From assembly GCF_009914755.1 (NCBI RefSeq), contig NC_060932.1: a stretch of DNA of 64,000 nt. One strand, given 5' to 3'. Positions 58,481 through 64,000 of this stretch are shown one piece after another (position 1 is the first letter of the stretch; the number at the start of each line of letters is the position of its first letter). Position numbers and translations under genes: made by a program. The notes under the pieces are model-generated. The model saw only the letters and a program-made list of their open reading frames with translations, had not been told where the DNA came from and searched no databases. Origin of the DNA: the human T2T-CHM13v2.0 reference genome, Homo sapiens.

Positions 58481-58673
58481 AAAATGCAGTAAAGCAAATT
58501 GCAACATAAAGCAATAGAATCCAACAAATTGTACCACAAGGATTATTATATACAATCCCAAGACAAAGTCAATGTTGCCATGGAAACACTTGGCCATAAT
58601 GAAGTTCCTTGCTACATGGAGAACAGCCTCAGTGGGCTGTTCCTTTCATAGCGTGTTGTTTGCATTTAAATGG
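58481..58673 (+). other. Candidate spliced exon (non-coding)
   Basis: Acceptor tttctttattttAG (58480) and donor TGG|GTAAGT (58674). Confidence 0.3.
58574..58587. promoter_or_regulatory. RFX X-box
   Basis: GTTGCCATGGAAAC fits GTTNCCATGGNAAC. Confidence 0.55.
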
Positions 58674-59669
58674 GTAAGTATATGTGGGGGAGTTTTGACA
58701 GAATGGAAGACTAGATTGTGGAAGTGATAATATTCACAGGGGCAGTGATATTTAGTGGTTATATGTGGCACCAGTTTTGTTTTTTCAGGTATGGATTTGA
58801 TTCAACTACTTAGCATTCTATATAAAACAATTAAAATTAATTTTCTCCCTGACTAAAGTCTGTAAACTGAAATCGTGATAGTTGTCAAAGATTTCTAGGT
58901 AGCACCAGAAAATATGGAGGCAGCCCTTTTAGTCCCTAAACTACTTCCTGTGGCAGAAATGTTGACCCTACAGTCCGCTTCTATGGGAAAGAACTGGAGA
59001 CAGACGTGGAAGTCTGTTTGTAGAATAACAGAGCCCAGGATTTGCTAGAAAAATGATACCAGAGAGGCAATTTCTGTGCTTGTTACCCAAACGGCCTCTT
59101 CAATCATAAGCTTTCGCTATGTGCTGCATAGGTTTTATGTACATTTTAAAGTCAATTGTTTAGATTCACATGTGCGTCCCTCTGTGTCTCTGCTCACTGA
59201 CGCTTCCTGCATTTACGTTTTTCTCTGGCTTCCTCTCCCATCTTCCTAACATATATCCTTAGCAGTTATTTCAGTGAAGGCCTCTGACTGATAAGCTCCT
59301 CTTTATCTGAAAAAGCCTTTATTTTGCTCTCACTGTTGAGTAATAGTTTGACTAAGTAGGGAATTCAGGTCAACAGTAATTTCCTCTCCAGGCTTGGAGG
59401 GTCTCATTGCATTGTCTCTTTCTTTTGAGGAATCTGCACTGAATCTGTGATGTCTTTTCTCTGTGGTTACTTTAAGATTTCCTTTCTCCCCTTGATGTTT
59501 TGAATGTGTCAAAGTACAGACTTATTTTTAACCTTTCTGGTTGGGACTTAGTGAGACTCTTCCTTCTAAGTGTTTACGTTTGATTTGAAAATTTCTCAGG
59601 GATTTCTACTTAAAGTATCATCTCACTTCTGTTCTCTTTATTCTCTCCTTCAAGATGCCTCTTAAACAT

Positions 59670-60110
59670 TTTATCAGTTAGAGACATTACATCCAGCTGC
59701 ATCAGATAGAAAACACAACTTCACAGTGGCTTGAATAGATGAGAGTGATTTTTTTCCTCACATACCTAGCTGCCTGGAGGGAGGCAGGCTCAGGACATTT
59801 TAGCTTTCTGCTTCATCGTCCCTTGTACATCTGCCAGGTAACTGCTCCACCTCAGCACTGTCTTTGGTCCACACAGAAAAAACCCTAAGGACACAAGGTA
59901 GGATTTTAAACTATACACTCAGGAACGCCACTTGGAAATTTCTGCTTCTATTTCACTGGATAGAATTATGTCACTTGCTGACTTTTTTGCTCTGAGGAGC
60001 TGGGAGATAAATATATATTTAGGGGTATTGTCACCCCAAACAAATCAGCAATCTGGGAGGAGAGGCGGCAGAATGGAAGCTGTGCGAGCAGTAAGCAGGG
60101 TCTGCCCAGG
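59670..60110 (-). mobile_element. Old MLT1 (J/K/L-like) LTR within a degraded L1M fragment
   Basis: cagtggcttgaa...ttctgcttctatttcactggatagaattatgtcac...gagctgggag motifs. Confidence 0.6.
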
Positions 60111-60386
60111 CATGTGGGGGACTCTGTTCTCCAACTCAGGTCTCAGTGCTGCTTGCATGTTATTGTCTCTCTCTCTCTCTGTGTCTTGAGATTCTGGGTG
60201 ACTTCCTCAGATACATATTCTAGTTCACTAATTCTTTATTTACCTATGTCTAAGGTGGTATCCCAGCCAATCCTGAATTTTTAATTTTAATAACTATATT
60301 TTATTCTAAAAGTTTTATCTTTCTCAAAGATATCTACACTAATTTTAAAGTGTCTTATTATTTATGCTAGGATTCTTTATCTTTTT

Positions 60387-61534
60387 TTAATTATACTTTA
60401 AGTTCTAGGGTACATGTGCACAACGTGCAGGTTTGTCACATATGTATACATGTGCCATGTTGGTGTGCTGCACCCATTAACTCATCATTTACATTAGGTA
60501 TATCTTCTAATGCTATCCCTCCCCCCTCCCCCCACCCCATGACAGGCCCCAGTGTGTGATGTTCCCCTTCCTGTGTCCAAGTGTTCTCATTTTCCAATTC
60601 CCACTGATGAGTGAGAACATGCGGTGTTTGGTTTTCTGTCCTTGCGATAGTTTGCTGAGAATGATGGTTTCTAGCTTCATCCATGTCCCTACAAAGGACA
60701 TGAACTCATCCTTTTTTATGGCTGCATAGTATTCCATGGTGTATATGTGCCACATTTTCTTAATCCAGTCTATCATTGATGGGCACTTGGGTTGGTTCCA
60801 AGTCTTTGCTATTGTGAATAGTGCCACAATAAACATACATGTGCATGTGTCTTTATAGCAGCATGATTTATAATCCTTTGGGTGTATACCCAGTAATGGG
60901 ATGGCTGGGTCAAATGGTATTTCTAGTGCTGGATCCTTGAGGAATCACCACACTGTCTTCCACAATGGTTGAACTAGTTTACAGTCCCACCAACAGTGTA
61001 AAAGTGTTCCTATTTCTCCACATCCTCTCCAGCACCTGTTGTTTTCTGACTTTTTAATGATCACCATTCTAACTGGTATGACATGGTGTCTCATTGTGGC
61101 TTTGATTTGCATTTCTCTGATGGCCAGTGATGATGAGCATTTTTTCATGTGTCTGCTGGCTGCACAAATGTCTTGTTTTGAGAAGTGTCTGTTCATATCC
61201 TTTGCCCACTTTTTGATGGGGTTGTTTGATTTTTTTCTTGTAAATTTGTTTAAGTTCTTTGTAGATTCTGGATATTAGCCCTTTGTCAGATGGGTAGTTT
61301 GCAAAAATTATGGATTAAAGACTTAAATGTTAGACCTAAAACCATAAAAACCCTAGAAGAAAACCTAGGCAATACCACTCAGGACATAGGCATGGGCAAG
61401 GACTTCATGTCTAAAACACCAAAAGCAATGGCAACAAAAGCCAAAATTGACAGTTGGAATCTAATTAAACTAAAGAGCTTCTGCACAGCAAAAGAAACTA
61501 CCATCAGAGTGAACAGGCAACCTACAGAATGGGA
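60387..61534 (-). mobile_element. 5'-truncated, 5'-inverted (twin-primed) L1PA4/5-like
   Basis: - strand 3' end 60387-61309, + strand ORF2 piece 61310-61534; TSD ggattctttatcttttt at 60370 and 61532. Confidence 0.95.
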
Positions 61535-61571
61535 TTCTTTATCTTTTTAATGTTTAAAAGTACTTATTTTA

Positions 61572-61878
<307 letters not shown>

Positions 61879-62679
61879 TTATTTTATAACTTTTTTTTAT
61901 AACATCCTTGAGCACATTGTTCTATTACTCCTAGGGTTTATTGTGTCTGCTAACTCATGCTTAGTAAATACTTCTTTGTTTTGAAATTTTTGGTTATGAG
62001 ATTCTCTTGAGAGAGAATCTTCTCCTGCAATCCTGTGTGGTCTCCATTGAAAGAATGTCCCTCAGTGCCGCCTTGTGCTTACTTTTCCAAGTGCCTCTAG
62101 GGCTCCTGAACAAAGGATCTGAGACCATGCAAGTCACCATCGTAATGTTTCTATTTCTCAGAAGAGACTTTTGGAACTACCAAAGTCTAGGCATCTGGCC
62201 TGGTTTGCAGCCCTTTTTGGTCCCAGCTGCTTTGGGGTTTTGGTTCTCATGTGTCTCTTTGCCCCATGTGGTTCCTGGTTGGGCACACCACGTCAAGGCC
62301 TTGGAGGGATGGGCAACACAGCAGAGCTCTCAGCTCTTCATGGCACAACTCCTAGCTTGGTGCAGAAATGGAGGCTGTGAGAGAAAGAAGTGTCAAGGCA
62401 ATTCTGATCCAATGAGGTATTCTGGGGCCTAAAGTTGAAATGAGGAATGGAAATCTACAAAGCAAAAGGACATTCAAGGTGCCACCTTGCATGGGCCTTA
62501 AACCTCAGACTACATGTGCATCTTTAACAGCAGCCTGAGCTAGCCATGGGGGCTGTCACTCCGGGCGTAGAAGTAGGAAATAATGTTGGGAAAGTAGAAA
62601 ATGATCCAAAGTTTCATTTCTTTAACTGCCTGTGGCCATCCCACAATGTGGATGTATTCACATGGTCATCCTCTTACTG

Positions 62680-63210
62680 GGGCAATTTTCTTCTGACTGC
62701 CCACCAGGTGCAAGGTACTGTGCCATACTGTGGTCAAGGTGAGTGAGGCGGGGCTCCTGCTCTCAAGTGTGGAGGCAAAGCTACAAACACTTCAGTCTAA
62801 TGTAATAAAATCCATAGTGAGAGGACTAGAGGGCACGGAGGAGGGGGCTCAGCTTTGTAAGTAAGGACTTCTTGAGGACGTGGCACTTGGGCTAGGTTTT
62901 AAGAGACAAGCAGGATTCTGACAGGTGAATGAACAGGTCATGGAGCCCTTAGCTCACCCTGATCTCAGCTGGGATGTCCCCACCTTGGGGAGGCCTTCCC
63001 CGACAAGCTCGTTTAAAGGAGCTCTCCCATCATTCTCTTTAATCCACTTTGTCATACTTCTATCTGACATTCCTTGTTTGTCTACTTCTGTCTTCCCCCT
63101 AAGATGGCAAGGCCCATGAGAGCAGAAACTTTTTTTTTTGTCCTAGTCATAGTAGCACACCCAGAACAGAGAAAAATATTTAGCACATCAGAATGTAGCT
63201 CTGTTGTGTG
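62680..63210. mobile_element. L2 fragments
   Basis: tgcccaccaggtgcaaggtactgtg; gtcttccccctaagatggcaaggcccatgagagcagaaac are L2-like. Confidence 0.55.
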
Positions 63211-63958
63211 AGTGGAATGGCACACCTGGATTCCCAAGGCAGGAGGACAGAGGACACTCCCTCTCTGGACTCTGGCTCTATGGGTGACCAGGCACACAGG
63301 AGCTGTACCGCGGCCACCTGTGCAGCCACAGGCCCCGGGCACACCATGTGCCATCCATGTACCCTGTCCTCTGGCCCTTCACTGGTGGCTATGCCAGCCA
63401 AGACTCTTTTTATTTTCTTTTTTGTAGAAGGGAGCGAAATCATCTTTTTCTCTTAAACATTATACATAATATCTACAGAATTTACTTATATTTGCCATGA
63501 ATTACTTAAAAGGCGAAGCAGTTTGTGTCACTCAGTCTGGTTTGCTTCATGAGAAAAATCTTTATGTTAATCAGATCACGTCCTTTTGCTTTGTGTTATT
63601 GTGCAGATGAGGAACCCATCTTAAAGTTTAAAAATTATAAAAGAAAGAAAAGAGAAAAATCATTTCAAATCCAAAACAACAGCCTATACCTTCAGCTTCT
63701 TCTTCTGGTTGGTGTGAGTTCATCAGATAACTCTAAGGATTAATGTGGTGCTAGCATCATAATGTCTTTGAAAATCAATGTGCGCTGAACACTTTTAAGG
63801 CTTCCTTACCCCAATAGGAGCAACTAACTGGGTGCAGGGTCAGCAGATTTAGTCCAAGGTCCACACAGACATTTCCACACATGCTTTCACTGAAGAGGCC
63901 ACAGAGTTCTTGCCCACATAAAGTATGTGCATTCACTAATAAATGCAAACACTAATTA

Positions 63959-64000
63959 GCCAGGTGCAGTGGAGTATGCGCCTGTAATCCCAGTTACAGG
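63959..64000 (+). mobile_element. Start of Alu monomer/7SL-derived element, cut by window edge
   Basis: gccaggtgcagtgg...gcgcctgtaatcccag. Confidence 0.7.

Overview
Primate (human-like) genomic DNA with no recognisable host protein-coding exon. Most of it is interspersed repeats. Bases ~1.9-15.4 kb hold a nested stack: an old antisense L1MB-class LINE containing three Alus, a full-length dead L1PA6-like element and an MLT1 LTR that itself holds an AluSc. Elsewhere are THE1/MST/MLT1/MLT2 LTRs, an LTR12 (HERV9) solo LTR, an internally deleted HERV-L gag remnant, hAT/Tigger DNA transposons, MIR/L2 fragments and a twin-primed inverted L1PA4/5. A CpG-island promoter (CRE, GC boxes) lies at ~36.2-37.1 kb; I cannot name the gene. 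Candidate non-coding exons lie on both sides of it, along with several motif-dense enhancer-like segments. I see no evidence for a wholly new biological system. The best leads are: a palindromic double RBPJ/CSL site within a wider set of RBPJ sites; an LTR12 with a downstream splice donor upstream of the CpG island; an open L1 ORF0; and several templated-insertion or fold-back scars. Subfamily names come from recalled consensus features, not a RepeatMasker run.
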